Positions 15,959-24,406 of a stretch of DNA of 32,000 nt are shown here, piece after piece. The stretch spans positions 360,001 through 392,000 of the forward strand of contig NC_003272.1 in NCBI RefSeq assembly GCF_000009705.1. Reading direction: 5' to 3'. Source of the stretch: Nostoc sp. PCC 7120 = FACHB-418. GTDB taxonomy: Bacteria; Cyanobacteriota; Cyanobacteriia; Cyanobacteriales; Nostocaceae. Both the position numbers and the translations under genes were made by a program. Positions within the stretch are counted from its first letter, which is position 1. Each line of letters opens with the position of its first letter. A model generated the notes under the pieces. That model did no database searches and had not been told where the DNA came from. It saw nothing but the letters and a program-made list of their open reading frames with translations.

Positions 15959-17473
15959 CTACCGTAAACAGCGAATCGCCAAGAGAAGTCCTCTAGCTTT
16001 ATTTAAAGTTTCCTCATATTCTTTCTCTGGCTCAGAATCAGCCACCAAACCCGCACCAGCTTGCACTGTTACGGTTTGATCTCTGACTACCATCGTCCGA
16101 ATAGCGATCGCACTATTTAATTGTCCTTCAAAATCATAATATCCATACACCCCAGAATACACACCCCGGCGGCTGGGTTCTAACTCATTAATAATTTCCA
16201 TCGCCCTAATTTTCGGTGCGCCGCTAACTGTGCCGGCGGGAAAACAGGCTTTTAATAAATCCCAGGCGTTTTTATTTGCGGCTAATTTCCCCACAACATT
16301 ACTCACAATGTGCATTACATGAGAGTAGCGTTCCACCACCATTAATTCATCAACTTTTACAGTCCCACTGGCACAAACACGGCCTAAATCGTTGCGTCCT
16401 AAATCCACCAGCATGACGTGTTCAGCGATTTCTTTGGGGTCTTGGAGTAAATCTGCGGCTAATTCTGCATCTTCTTTGGTTGTCTTACCCCGTGGACGAG
16501 TCCCGGCAATAGGACGAACTGTGGCTATTGCTTCACCATCTGCATCCAGTTCCGCTTTCACCATCACTTCAGGACTAGAACCGATGATTTGCCAGTCTTG
16601 GAAGTTAAAGTACGCCATGTAAGGCGAGGGATTTATCTGACGCAGGGAACGGTACAGGGAGAAGGGATCGCCGGTGTATTGGGTAGAAAGGCGTTGAGAA
16701 ATAACTACTTGAAAGATATCACCCGCTTTGATGTACTCTTTGGCTTTTTGGACACTGGCGCAAAATTCCGGTCGAGTGAAGTTGCTGGTATATTCTTGTA
16801 TTTCCCCCACTTTTTGGCTGCCTGGGGGTGTCCATTCTAATATGGTTTTTTGGGGCGATAGGGGCAAGGATAGTTTGCTCACCATTTGGGTGACGCGATC
16901 GCACGCTTGCTGATACGCCGCTTTTAAATCTACATTTGGATCACGTAAATCAGCATAGGCGATCGCCCATATTTTCCGCTTTACCTGGTCAAATATTAAC
17001 AAATGGTCTACCTGCATCCACAATCCATCAGGAATGTTGCGCTCATCTTGGGGATGCACTGGTACACGCGGTTCAATCCAGCGAATTAATTCATAACCCC
17101 AAAAACCAAACAAACCGCCAATTCCTGGTGGTAGTTGGGGTAACTTGACTGGTTTATACGGTGCTAGGCAATCGGCTAGAGCTGTAAATGGATCGCCTGT
17201 AAATACAACTTGGGAGCCATCACGGTTTGTCTGAGTGGTCGTCTCACCCCTAGCTTCCAAAACCCATAAAGGATCACACCCCAGTAAACTATAACGCCCA
17301 ATCTTTTCCCCACCTTCTACCGATTCCAGCAAAAAGCTATAAGGCTCTCCAGCGCAAACTTTGTACCAAGCGGAAACAGGTGTATCTAGGTCTGCCACCC
17401 ATTCCTGATACACCGGCACAAAATTACCTTGCAAAGCTAGCTGAGAAAATTCGGAGAAATTGGGGAAAATCAT
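15959..17473 (-). CDS. trpE: anthranilate synthase component I
   Basis: Motifs LLESVEGGEKIGRYS, FPAGTVSGAPKIRAMEII and GAGLVADSEPEKEYEETLNKA. The track ORF begins at a TTG (17479). I trimmed it to the ATG at 17473 (MIFPNFSEFSQLA), which is typical of cyanobacterial TrpE N-termini. Confidence 0.9.
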   Translation of the reverse strand: MIFPNFSEFSQLALQGNFVPVYQEWVADLDTPVSAWYKVCAGEPYSFLLESVEGGEKIGRYSLLGCDPLWVLEARGETTTQTNRDGSQVVFTGDPFTALADCLAPYKPVKLPQLPPGIGGLFGFWGYELIRWIEPRVPVHPQDERNIPDGLWMQVDHLLIFDQVKRKIWAIAYADLRDPNVDLKAAYQQACDRVTQMVSKLSLPLSPQKTILEWTPPGSQKVGEIQEYTSNFTRPEFCASVQKAKEYIKAGDIFQVVISQRLSTQYTGDPFSLYRSLRQINPSPYMAYFNFQDWQIIGSSPEVMVKAELDADGEAIATVRPIAGTRPRGKTTKEDAELAADLLQDPKEIAEHVMLVDLGRNDLGRVCASGTVKVDELMVVERYSHVMHIVSNVVGKLAANKNAWDLLKACFPAGTVSGAPKIRAMEIINELEPSRRGVYSGVYGYYDFEGQLNSAIAIRTMVVRDQTVTVQAGAGLVADSEPEKEYEETLNKARGLLLAIRCLR

Positions 17474-17482
17474 CGGCAATTT

Positions 17483-17538
17483 GGGGATTGGGGATTGGGG
17501 ATTGGGTGCTGGGGATTGGGGATTGGGGATTGGGTATC
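17483..17538. repeat. STRR1-type heptamer array: two copies of (GGGGATT)x3 plus GGGTGCT/GGGTATC.
   Basis: Eight consecutive 7-nt units read directly, giving eight G-runs of 3-4 nt on the + strand. The array begins 10 nt upstream of the trpE ATG. Confidence 0.9.
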
Positions 17539-17562
17539 AGGTATTAGAGAAGTTTCTTCTCC

Positions 17563-17619
17563 CCTGCACCCTACACCCTGCACCCTGCTTTCCCTAGTCC
17601 CCAGTCCCCAGACCCTAGT
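17563..17619. repeat. C-rich heptamer arrays (CCTGCAC/CCTACAC units, then CCCTAGT CCCCAGT CCCCAGA CCCTAGT).
   Basis: Read directly. There are eight C-runs on the + strand, which are G-runs in the psaD-sense transcript. The array ends 3 nt from the psaD stop. CCCCAGT is the classical STRR1 unit. Confidence 0.85.
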
Positions 17620-17621
17620 TT

Positions 17622-18041
17622 CTAAGCATCGTAGGTAGCTTTACCAGAGAACTTCACTTGTGAAGGATTGGGATTTTCCCCAATGCTGCGGGCGTTAAAG
17701 CGGACTTTCTCACGACCTGCGTTGACTTTTTCTGGGAATACGCCATCAGCTGGGTGGATAAAAGTGGTTTCGCCGCTTGGTAAAATCCGGTAAATTTTGT
17801 AATTTGTGATCTTGAATTTCCGGAGTTGACCGCCTAGCGCGATACCATATTCCTTCCGAGCGATGTACAGGAGGTTTTCACCTTCGTGCATAGTAGCTGC
17901 ACCACCTGTGGGCAATTCAAAAACTTGCGCCTTGGGGCTAGTCCAGGTGATAGCATACTTTTCTTCTTCTACTGCTTTTGTGAGCAAGCCGCCGGTGCTG
18001 CCAGCAAATAGGGGAGTTTTACCAGAAAGTGTTTCTGCCAT
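17622..18041 (-). CDS. psaD: photosystem I reaction centre subunit II (PsaD)
   Basis: [33 protein letters not shown]...[33 protein letters not shown] is unmistakably PsaD. The track ORF starts at an upstream TTG; I trimmed it to the ATG at 18041. Confidence 0.95.
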
Positions 18042-18132
18042 AAGGTATTCTCTCAACGTTTTTAGGGCATCGTAACACCGCCATCACCATCATATTGCGA
18101 TCGCGTTATAGTCTGTAACAGTTTTTAGTCAT

Positions 18133-18174
18133 TGGTCAACAGTCAACAGTCAACAGTCAACAATTAACAGTCCA
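18133..18174. repeat. STRR2/STRR3 heptamer array (TTGGTCA, ACAGTCA x3, ACAATTA, ACAGTCC) upstream of psaD.
   Basis: Six consecutive heptamers read directly. CAACAGT is the STRR3 unit. The array sits between the histidine-kinase stop (18186) and the psaD start (18041). Confidence 0.9.
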
Positions 18175-18185
18175 AAAGCTAATGA

Positions 18186-20198
18186 CTACCGACTTTTAAC
18201 TTTTGACCAACTTTCCTCTTGACTATTTTGAGCGACGGGAATGGTGAAATGAAATTGGCTACCTTGGTCTTTACCTGTGGAAGCTGCCCAAATTGCACCG
18301 CCCCAACCGTTGACGATTTGGCGGCAAATTGCTAAACCTAGCCCTGTACCGCCTGCTGTGCGGCGTAATGCCCCTTCTTCTTGGTAGAAACGGTCAAAAA
18401 CTATTTCTAAACGATTTGGCTCTATACCCCGTCCCGTATCGGCTACGGTGACTTCTACCATTTGACTACCATTGTGAGTGGCACTAATCTTGATCTCCCC
18501 TTGTGTTGGTGTGAATTTACAAGCGTTGTCTACGAGTTTTGCCAACACTTCTACTAGCCAATCACCGTCTGCTCTGACTAAGGGTAAGTTTCCGTCTATT
18601 TGGGTTTTAATCGCTGGCGGTTTCTCTACTCCAGGACGGATGCGGAGACGACTAAGGGCTAAATCAATACATTCTTGTAGGGTTAAGGATTCTGGATGCC
18701 ATTCCACTCGACCGCTTTCTAAATTAGAAAGAGTCAAGAAATCCTGCACTAGTTTTCGCATCCGTTCCGAGTCTGACAAAGCAGTATTTAGCATTACCTG
18801 TTGCAATTCCACGGGCATATCGGGTTCGGTAGCCAAACTTTCTAAGCACACTTGAATTGTTGATAAAGGTGTGCGGAGTTCATGCCCAGTGATAGCTATC
18901 AGGTTGCTGCGGGTACGGTCTAGAGCTTCTAATTGCTGGTTGAGTTCTTCTAGGTTGGCGTAAGCTTCTGCTTGAATTAAGGCGGCTCCAATTTGGGTGG
19001 CGATCGCTTCTACTAAGTCCAATTCTCCTGGCTGCCATTGGTGGGGCGGAAGGGAGCAATAATGCAGTTCTACAATACCTAATAATCTCCCTTGAAATAC
19101 AACTGGTTCGATTAACCACGAACGAATCGCCAGTTTTTTGGCAATCAAGGACAATGTGGGAGAATTTGTAATCCGAAAGTCATTTAAGGTATCGGTGACA
19201 CAAACACCTTCGCCATGATCTACCACTTCTTTAAACAGGGAATTGTTCTTTAATTCCCTGGTTTGACCGCTAATGGAGACCGTACCAGGAGTTAAAAATT
19301 CATGTTCGATCACCGCCTGGGCATCACTGGCTTGGGCGCGATAAATTAGACAACGACTAGCTCCTAAATGTTGTCCTAGTTCTTGAGCAGCAATTTGTAA
19401 TACTTGGTGCGGATCAAGCGATCGCCGAATTGCTGTACTAATTGAGTTGACTAAACGTTCTTTTCGTGCTTGAGCCGCAATTGAACGGTAAGCTTTATGT
19501 AATTTATACTGACTAGCTTGCAGGTAGGTAACTAAGCGCTGCACAAAGGGATCAGTATCAATATCACAAGCATATTCAGTTACAAAACTACTAGCATTGG
19601 AGTAAATTTTCGTTTCACCAATGCCGAATCGCTGACAAGCTTTTGTCACTTTTTTTGCCAAGTCTGGTCGATAAACCAAAATTCTATCTAGTAGCAATTG
19701 GGCAGCTTTGATACTTACTCCCCGTTCAGATGTCCAAATACCTTCAAAGCGTCGCCCTGCATCCATATCAAGGCCAGGACTAAACTCTGGTATTTGTCGA
19801 TTTTTGGCGATCGAACCCAGGCTTTCTCTACATACCAAGCAAGTAGCATAATTGTCAGCTACTACGACCAAATGCCACTCTTGACTCAAAGCATCATCAG
19901 GCTCAAATGCTACCTTTTCGTAGTATTCCGAGCTATTGGCAAAATCAGTTTCCGGTGCAGATAGAACGTATATTTGACTACTACGTTGTGCCAATCGCTG
20001 ATAGCGATGAGCTTCTTGGCGATAGAATCTCTCTCTTTGAAAGCTAGCAATTACTAAAGGCTGGTCTAAAGTCGCAGCCAACACCTGATCTTCCATCGCG
20101 TGGGAAAGGGCCGTCAATGAAGCTTTGAAATATAGCTGAGGCCGCAGGTAAGGTAGGGACTGTAGCAGATCACTCAGCACGGAAGTTGAAATGCTCAT
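18186..20198 (-). CDS. soluble sensor histidine kinase: N-terminal sensory region (possibly DICT-type) - GAF - HisKA - HATPase
   Basis: 670 aa with an ATG start and no obvious TM helices.
- GAF-like: GRLLGIVELHY.
- H-box: ITGHELRTPLSTI.
- N box: LAKLVDNACKF.
- G1: DTGRGI.
- G2: GGTGLGLAICRQIV.
- The DICT assignment of aa 1-230 is from memory only. Confidence 0.85.
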   Translation of the reverse strand: MSISTSVLSDLLQSLPYLRPQLYFKASLTALSHAMEDQVLAATLDQPLVIASFQRERFYRQEAHRYQRLAQRSSQIYVLSAPETDFANSSEYYEKVAFEPDDALSQEWHLVVVADNYATCLVCRESLGSIAKNRQIPEFSPGLDMDAGRRFEGIWTSERGVSIKAAQLLLDRILVYRPDLAKKVTKACQRFGIGETKIYSNASSFVTEYACDIDTDPFVQRLVTYLQASQYKLHKAYRSIAAQARKERLVNSISTAIRRSLDPHQVLQIAAQELGQHLGASRCLIYRAQASDAQAVIEHEFLTPGTVSISGQTRELKNNSLFKEVVDHGEGVCVTDTLNDFRITNSPTLSLIAKKLAIRSWLIEPVVFQGRLLGIVELHYCSLPPHQWQPGELDLVEAIATQIGAALIQAEAYANLEELNQQLEALDRTRSNLIAITGHELRTPLSTIQVCLESLATEPDMPVELQQVMLNTALSDSERMRKLVQDFLTLSNLESGRVEWHPESLTLQECIDLALSRLRIRPGVEKPPAIKTQIDGNLPLVRADGDWLVEVLAKLVDNACKFTPTQGEIKISATHNGSQMVEVTVADTGRGIEPNRLEIVFDRFYQEEGALRRTAGGTGLGLAICRQIVNGWGGAIWAASTGKDQGSQFHFTIPVAQNSQEESWSKVKSR

Positions 20199-20283
20199 GA
20201 ATATCTTTAAGGAAGCCCAATCTGAACTAGATCCACGTCACAGCTGCATTGTACAAATTACAACGGATTCTCAAGTAAACTAG

Positions 20284-20341
20284 AGTGTTGCAATTTGTAA
20301 ATAATTTTAAATCACACTTCTATCAAGGCATTTGCAACACT
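20284..20341. promoter_or_regulatory. 10-bp inverted repeat pair flanking a 38-nt AT-rich spacer, upstream of the histidine kinase gene.
   Basis: AGTGTTGCAA (20284-20293) and TTGCAACACT (20332-20341), 86-143 nt upstream of the kinase ATG. Confidence 0.35.
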
Positions 20342-20985
20342 TGGCTGATTCCTGATAAAAGTGCTGAAAACTTTGTGTACACATTAAAGAACATAAAATC
20401 ACTAATAGACTATTGACAGCAATGAATTTTCCGTCTAAACCTTGGGTGATCTAAGGTATAGACAGATCATAGCTAGTTTAGTCATCATTCAAGTTTTGTT
20501 TATCCAATTATTCGCATCGTAATTTTTCCTAAAATAGGCTACTAAGCCCAATATACATTCTCGAACATCTCTCCTATTACACTGTTGGCAAGTTTCTTGG
20601 CTCAGTCGGATTGGGAAGAGGCTGGGAGTAAGGAGAAAACTTGAGTACTTCTGACTCAGCCCCAACTCCAAAAATTACTGGGCATCCTCAGCCTTAAATA
20701 AAATAATGTTGTATCGTAGTTGAATATTCGCTATTCTGCTAGCTTTTTTGTTTGATTTGGGGATAAGTCAAGTAAAAACTCTGATTTTTCAGCCTTGACT
20801 TAAGATGCAAACAATATAAATTTATAAAGATTTGTAATGTGGTTTGAGGTCTGATCATCTACCAGCATGATGTAAAGATCAAGATAATTTAGCTCCAATG
20901 CCTCGCCAGAGTTTTCTAGATAGAACTTACCCATGAAGGTAAAAATACAAAGTTTTGGACAAGGAATTTAGGGGTATAGGGGTCT

Positions 20986-21001
20986 AGGTTTTGCAAAACC
21001 T
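20986..21001. promoter_or_regulatory. Perfect 16-bp palindrome AGGTTTTGCAAAACCT upstream of the debranching-enzyme gene.
   Basis: Read directly. It lies about 135 nt upstream of the ATG at 21135 and is preceded by the direct repeat GGGGTATA GGGGTCTA. Confidence 0.4.
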
Positions 21002-21134
21002 GACAATTCCCACACTCACCACCCCTGTTTCCCCAAGCTAGGAGTCTATTGGTTTAATTCTCGCTCAAGCATATTCTCCCAACTAACGCTGATACGATCA
21101 CTAAAATTTAGACCTGTACACGGAATTTTTGCTA

Positions 21135-23420
21135 ATGACACCGGATACTCTGACTAACCCGGATAAAATCTTCTTGGATGGCAAAACTTTTATCCCCGCC
21201 GATCAATTACCGATTCCCGAATGGCCTTGTGTGGTGAGCGAAAGACCACAACCAACGCTGACGGTTAAGGATGATGATTTATTTTTAGTTACAGACACAA
21301 TTGGGAATATCTCTGGTTGTTCTCTAAGTGAGGGCAACCCTAGTATGGGTTTATTTTGTTGTGACACGCGATTTCTCAATCGGTTGGAGTTACAAATTGA
21401 TGGGCGATCGCCTGTGCTGCTCAGTAGTACTGCGGAAAAAGGTTTTGCCCTGTCGGTTTTGTGTACTAATCCCAGAATCGACGAACGCATGAAGGCTGAT
21501 AGCGTGAGTATTCGCCGGGAGTTGGTACTTAACGGTGCTTTATTTGAAGAAATCGAGGTGGCTAACTACAGCACAACGACTGTTGCCTTTGAACTCAGTA
21601 TCAGTTTTGATGCCGATTTTGTGGATTTATTTGAAGTCCGGGGTTACAACAGAGACAAACGGGGTAAGCTTTTACGCCTAGTAGAACCAATTGCTGAGGA
21701 TGGATTGGTTGATGGTGACGGTGCTGCTGTACACACCCAGCATTTTGCCCACAAAGAACAGTCTTTAACCCTAGCCTATCAAGGTCTAGATGGTTCGGTG
21801 ATGGAATCTCGTATCCAATTCCAGCATCGCCAACCAGATGATTTTAAAGGTTACACAGCGATTTGGCGCTTAGAGTTGCCTTCTCACTCCACCCAAAAGC
21901 TCGGCTATCGGGTGAATATGTTCACCAATAACAACTCTAGTTCTAGGGTGAGTGCGGCTGTAACTTTAGTACAAGCCAAAGCATCCGAGATGATGGAAGA
22001 ACAAAACTGGGTACAGAAAATTACTAATATTCGTGCCGATAAAAGTATCTTCAATCTGGTAATTGAACGCGCTGAACAGGATATGTATTTGTTACGCCAA
22101 TCTTTTGACAAATACAAAACTGTTTCCGCCGGTGTACCTTGGTTTTCGGCTTTGTTTGGGCGAGATTCCTTGATCACAGCTTCCCAAACCTTGATGCTTA
22201 ACCCCGAAATCGCCAAGGAAACCTTGATGTTGCTGGCAGCTTACCAAGGCAAACATGAGGATGAGTGGCGGGAAGAAGCACCGGGAAAAATTCTACACGA
22301 GTTACGTTTGGGAGAAATGGCCAGATGTCAGGAAATTCCCCATACACCATACTACGGTACAGTTGATGCCACTCCCCTGTGGTTGATGTTGTATTCTGAA
22401 TACTATTCTTGGACTCATGACCGAGAAACTTTAGAGCAACTATGGCCTCATGCCCTAGCTGCAATGGATTGGATTGACCGGAATATGCAGCCAAGCGGTT
22501 ATCTTACCTACCATCGCAAATCTAAACGTGGTCTAGATAACCAAGGCTGGAAAGATTCTGGTGATTGCATCGTAGACCGTAAGGGCGATTTAGCTAACGG
22601 TTCCATAGCCTTGAGTGAGGTACAAGCTTACGTTTACGCCGCCAAAACTCGTCTAGCAGAAATCGCTAGGATGAAGAAGCGCCTAGACTTATTTGAACGG
22701 TGGCAAGAAGAAGCCAGAAGCTTGAAGGAGCGTTTTAACCAAGATTTTTGGATCGAAGACCAAGATTTCTGCGCTTTGGCTTTAGATGGTGCAGGTAAGC
22801 AGGTAGACAGTATTACATCTAATCCTGGTCATTGCCTACTTTTGGGGATTTTTACACCAGAGAGAGCCTACAGCGTGGCAGAACGTTTACGCGCCCCAGA
22901 TATGTTTAACGGTTGGGGGATTCGCACCTTAAGTAGTTTGTCACCTGCTTACAATCCGATGGGCTATCACATTGGTTCGGTGTGGCCTCATGATAATTCT
23001 TTGATTGCTATGGGATTGCGATCGCTCGGTTTAATTGACCAAGCTTTAGAAATCTTCCAAGGTTTGTTGGATATGACGAGCCAACAACCTTACCAGCGTC
23101 CCCCAGAATTATTTTGCGGTTATGAGCGTAACGGCGATCGCTCTCCTGTACAATATCCTGTTGCTTGTACACCCCAAGCCTGGGCTACTGGTAGTATTTT
23201 TCAATTAATTCAAATGATTGTCAATCTCGTACCTGACGCGCCTAATAACTGCTTACGCATTATCGACCCGGCTTTACCAGAGTCAATTAGTAGATTGTCA
23301 TTGCACAATCTCCAAGTTGGTACTACAGTCTTGGATCTAGAATTCGAGCGTTCCGGTGGTACTACTGCTTGTCGAGTCGCCAGAAAACGCGGCAATCTAC
23401 GGGTAGTAATTGAGGCTTAA
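21135..23420 (+). CDS. amylo-alpha-1,6-glucosidase / GDE-type glycogen debranching enzyme
   Basis: About 761 aa from the first ATG; the track starts two codons earlier at a TTG. It has a GDE_N-like N-terminus (DDLFLVTD, FCCDTRFL) and a GDE_C (alpha/alpha)6 region (GVPWFSALFGRDSLITA, YGTVDATPLW, GWKDSGD, YHIGSVWPHDN). Confidence 0.85.
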   Translation: MTPDTLTNPDKIFLDGKTFIPADQLPIPEWPCVVSERPQPTLTVKDDDLFLVTDTIGNISGCSLSEGNPSMGLFCCDTRFLNRLELQIDGRSPVLLSSTAEKGFALSVLCTNPRIDERMKADSVSIRRELVLNGALFEEIEVANYSTTTVAFELSISFDADFVDLFEVRGYNRDKRGKLLRLVEPIAEDGLVDGDGAAVHTQHFAHKEQSLTLAYQGLDGSVMESRIQFQHRQPDDFKGYTAIWRLELPSHSTQKLGYRVNMFTNNNSSSRVSAAVTLVQAKASEMMEEQNWVQKITNIRADKSIFNLVIERAEQDMYLLRQSFDKYKTVSAGVPWFSALFGRDSLITASQTLMLNPEIAKETLMLLAAYQGKHEDEWREEAPGKILHELRLGEMARCQEIPHTPYYGTVDATPLWLMLYSEYYSWTHDRETLEQLWPHALAAMDWIDRNMQPSGYLTYHRKSKRGLDNQGWKDSGDCIVDRKGDLANGSIALSEVQAYVYAAKTRLAEIARMKKRLDLFERWQEEARSLKERFNQDFWIEDQDFCALALDGAGKQVDSITSNPGHCLLLGIFTPERAYSVAERLRAPDMFNGWGIRTLSSLSPAYNPMGYHIGSVWPHDNSLIAMGLRSLGLIDQALEIFQGLLDMTSQQPYQRPPELFCGYERNGDRSPVQYPVACTPQAWATGSIFQLIQMIVNLVPDAPNNCLRIIDPALPESISRLSLHNLQVGTTVLDLEFERSGGTTACRVARKRGNLRVVIEA

Positions 23421-23468
23421 AAAAGGGGATGTAAGCTAATGCGCGCCTAAATTGCATAACTACTAATA

Positions 23469-23500
23469 AGGGCTGTTGACTCTTGACGATCAACAGCCCT
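23469..23500. terminator. Stem-loop between convergent genes, probably a bidirectional terminator.
   Basis: AGGGCTGTTGA (23469-23479) pairs with TCAACAGCCCT (23490-23500), an 11-bp perfect stem with a 10-nt loop. ATTCTAATT follows on the + strand. Confidence 0.6.
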
Positions 23501-23514
23501 ATTCTAATTGCTGA

Positions 23515-24172
23515 TCAAGCAACGATCGCCAAATCGGCAGCAGTTAAACTAGGTAAATTGATTAAGTTCGCTAACTCTGCACCAGTACCAAACCCAGCAG
23601 CACTGCCATTTTGGTTATAGTAAAGGCTACCACTACCAATGCTGTAAACGAGGAATGCTGTACTAGTTGCAGCTAAATCATCATCCTCTACAGTCGTAAA
23701 ATCAGAAACTTGACTCAATCCATCACCGACAACACTAGTTAAAGCCCTAAATGTATTTTTACTCAACACCAGCTTATCAATTCCAGAGGTAAAGTCAGTC
23801 AGGATATCTATACCAAAATCGTTACTAGTAAAAGCTCGTCCACTACTGTATAAAAAGCGATCGCTCTCAGTTCCACCAGTCATTGCCAGGCCCGCCAATC
23901 AAAGTATCTGCGCCGCCTCTAGCTGTTAAGATATCATTGCCATTGCCACCAGTCAGGATATTATTGAGGCTATTGCCAATGAGGCGATCGCTACCATTTC
24001 CACCAATGACGTTTTCAATTACATTATTAGCAGATAGGGTCAACTTTAAGTTACTGTTGATGGTCTGGGTGGCTGTAGTACCTAAATTTACACCGCCAGT
24101 TAACTGAATTTCATACTCAGTATTCGGATTAGCATTAGCAATTAAAATTGCATCTATCCATGTTGGGTTACC
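23515..24172 (-). pseudogene. Remnant of a secreted RTX-type (hemolysin-type calcium-binding repeat) protein gene. It is frameshifted and lacks a start codon.
   Basis: My own translation of the minus strand gives one frame open from 24172 to a TGA at 23867-23869: GNPTWIDAILIANANPNTEYEIQLTGG...VIGGNGSDRLIG...LTGGNGNDILTARGGADTLIGGPGNDWWN*. It has no in-frame ATG or GTG, and an in-frame TAG lies at 24173-24175. The repeat pattern continues in another frame as the track ORF 23515..23898 (...MTGGTESDRFLY...). Confidence 0.55.
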
Positions 24173-24212
24173 CTACGGGAACGCCAAGGGCGAAGGCCTT
24201 GCTCAACCCAAC
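24162..24212. repeat. Composite hairpin repeat: GTTGGGTT/AACCCAAC arms with a GC-rich insert nested in the loop.
   Basis: Arms GTTGGGTT (24162-24169) and AACCCAAC (24205-24212). The loop contains TACCCTACGGGAA (also present near position 115) and a CAAGG/CCTTG mini-hairpin. It sits exactly at the 5' boundary of the RTX remnant. Confidence 0.55.
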
Positions 24213-24311
24213 CTATATTTAATACACTATTTTAGTCTAGACACGCCACTAGTATAAGGGTGTAAATTTTTAAAACCCCTACACTCTTACACCCCTAAAC
24301 CCAGTCTCAAC

Positions 24312-24345
24312 AAAAAACCTGAACGGTTACGAGAACAAGTTCAGG
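24312..24345 (-). terminator. Intrinsic terminator of the small membrane-protein gene.
   Basis: The minus strand reads CCTGAAC-(14 nt)-GTTCAGG followed by TTTTTTG, about 60 nt downstream of the stop at 24407. Confidence 0.7.
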
Positions 24346-24406
24346 ATGCAATTTGTAACAACCTTTTTTAACCGAAAAAATATTAAATTCGATGCTAATT
24401 TTTTAT

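Noticed and set aside
14982-17473. The glutamine amidotransferase next to trpE considered as the TrpG partner (anthranilate synthase component II).
   Set aside because: The protein starts with Met-Cys and has the Ntn class II (YafJ-like) pattern, whereas TrpG is a class I triad amidotransferase. A 197-nt gap separates it from trpE. The adjacency is probably coincidental.
17474-17621. A Trp-codon leader peptide or attenuator upstream of trpE.
   Set aside because: Reading the sense strand of the spacer shows no ATG-initiated mini-ORF and no tandem in-frame TGG codons. The TGG triplets are simply part of the CTGGGGA heptamers.
17483-18174. Tandem heptamer arrays considered as a CRISPR array.
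   Set aside because: The units are 7 nt and directly abutting, with no 25-40-nt repeats, spacers, leader or cas genes. They fit STRR-type repeats.
15039-19964. Short ORFs overlapping the amidotransferase, trpE, psaD and histidine-kinase genes (for example 15039-15236, 16392-17148 group, 17863-18075, 18478-18855, 18880-19119, 19698-19964).
   Set aside because: They are shadow ORFs within strongly supported genes. Their translations are Ser/Arg/Pro-rich, typical of wrong-frame reads.
20489-20671. 60-aa minus-strand ORF in the 930-bp spacer.
   Set aside because: It sits at the minimum length, has no Shine-Dalgarno sequence, and its composition is not protein-like. I kept the region as a possible non-coding RNA or regulatory spacer instead. 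A micro-protein cannot be strictly excluded.
14502-21128. NtcA-type sites (GTA-N8-TAC) in the main promoter spacers (5481-5850, 11278-11683, 14502-14981, 20199-21128).
   Set aside because: A manual scan found only near-misses, for example GTA-N7-TAC in GTAAAACTTTTAC around 14670. I found no canonical spacing, so no nitrogen-control claim is made.
21203-23395. Minus-strand ORFs inside the debranching-enzyme gene (21203-21490, 21905-22216, 22198-22494, 23210-23395).
   Set aside because: They are antisense to a 760-aa ORF with clear GDE motifs and have no features of their own.
23883-24107. Plus-strand 74-aa proline/leucine-rich ORF.
   Set aside because: It is the antisense reading of the GGxGxD repeat DNA of the RTX remnant. 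The minus strand gives a coherent repeat protein, and this frame does not.
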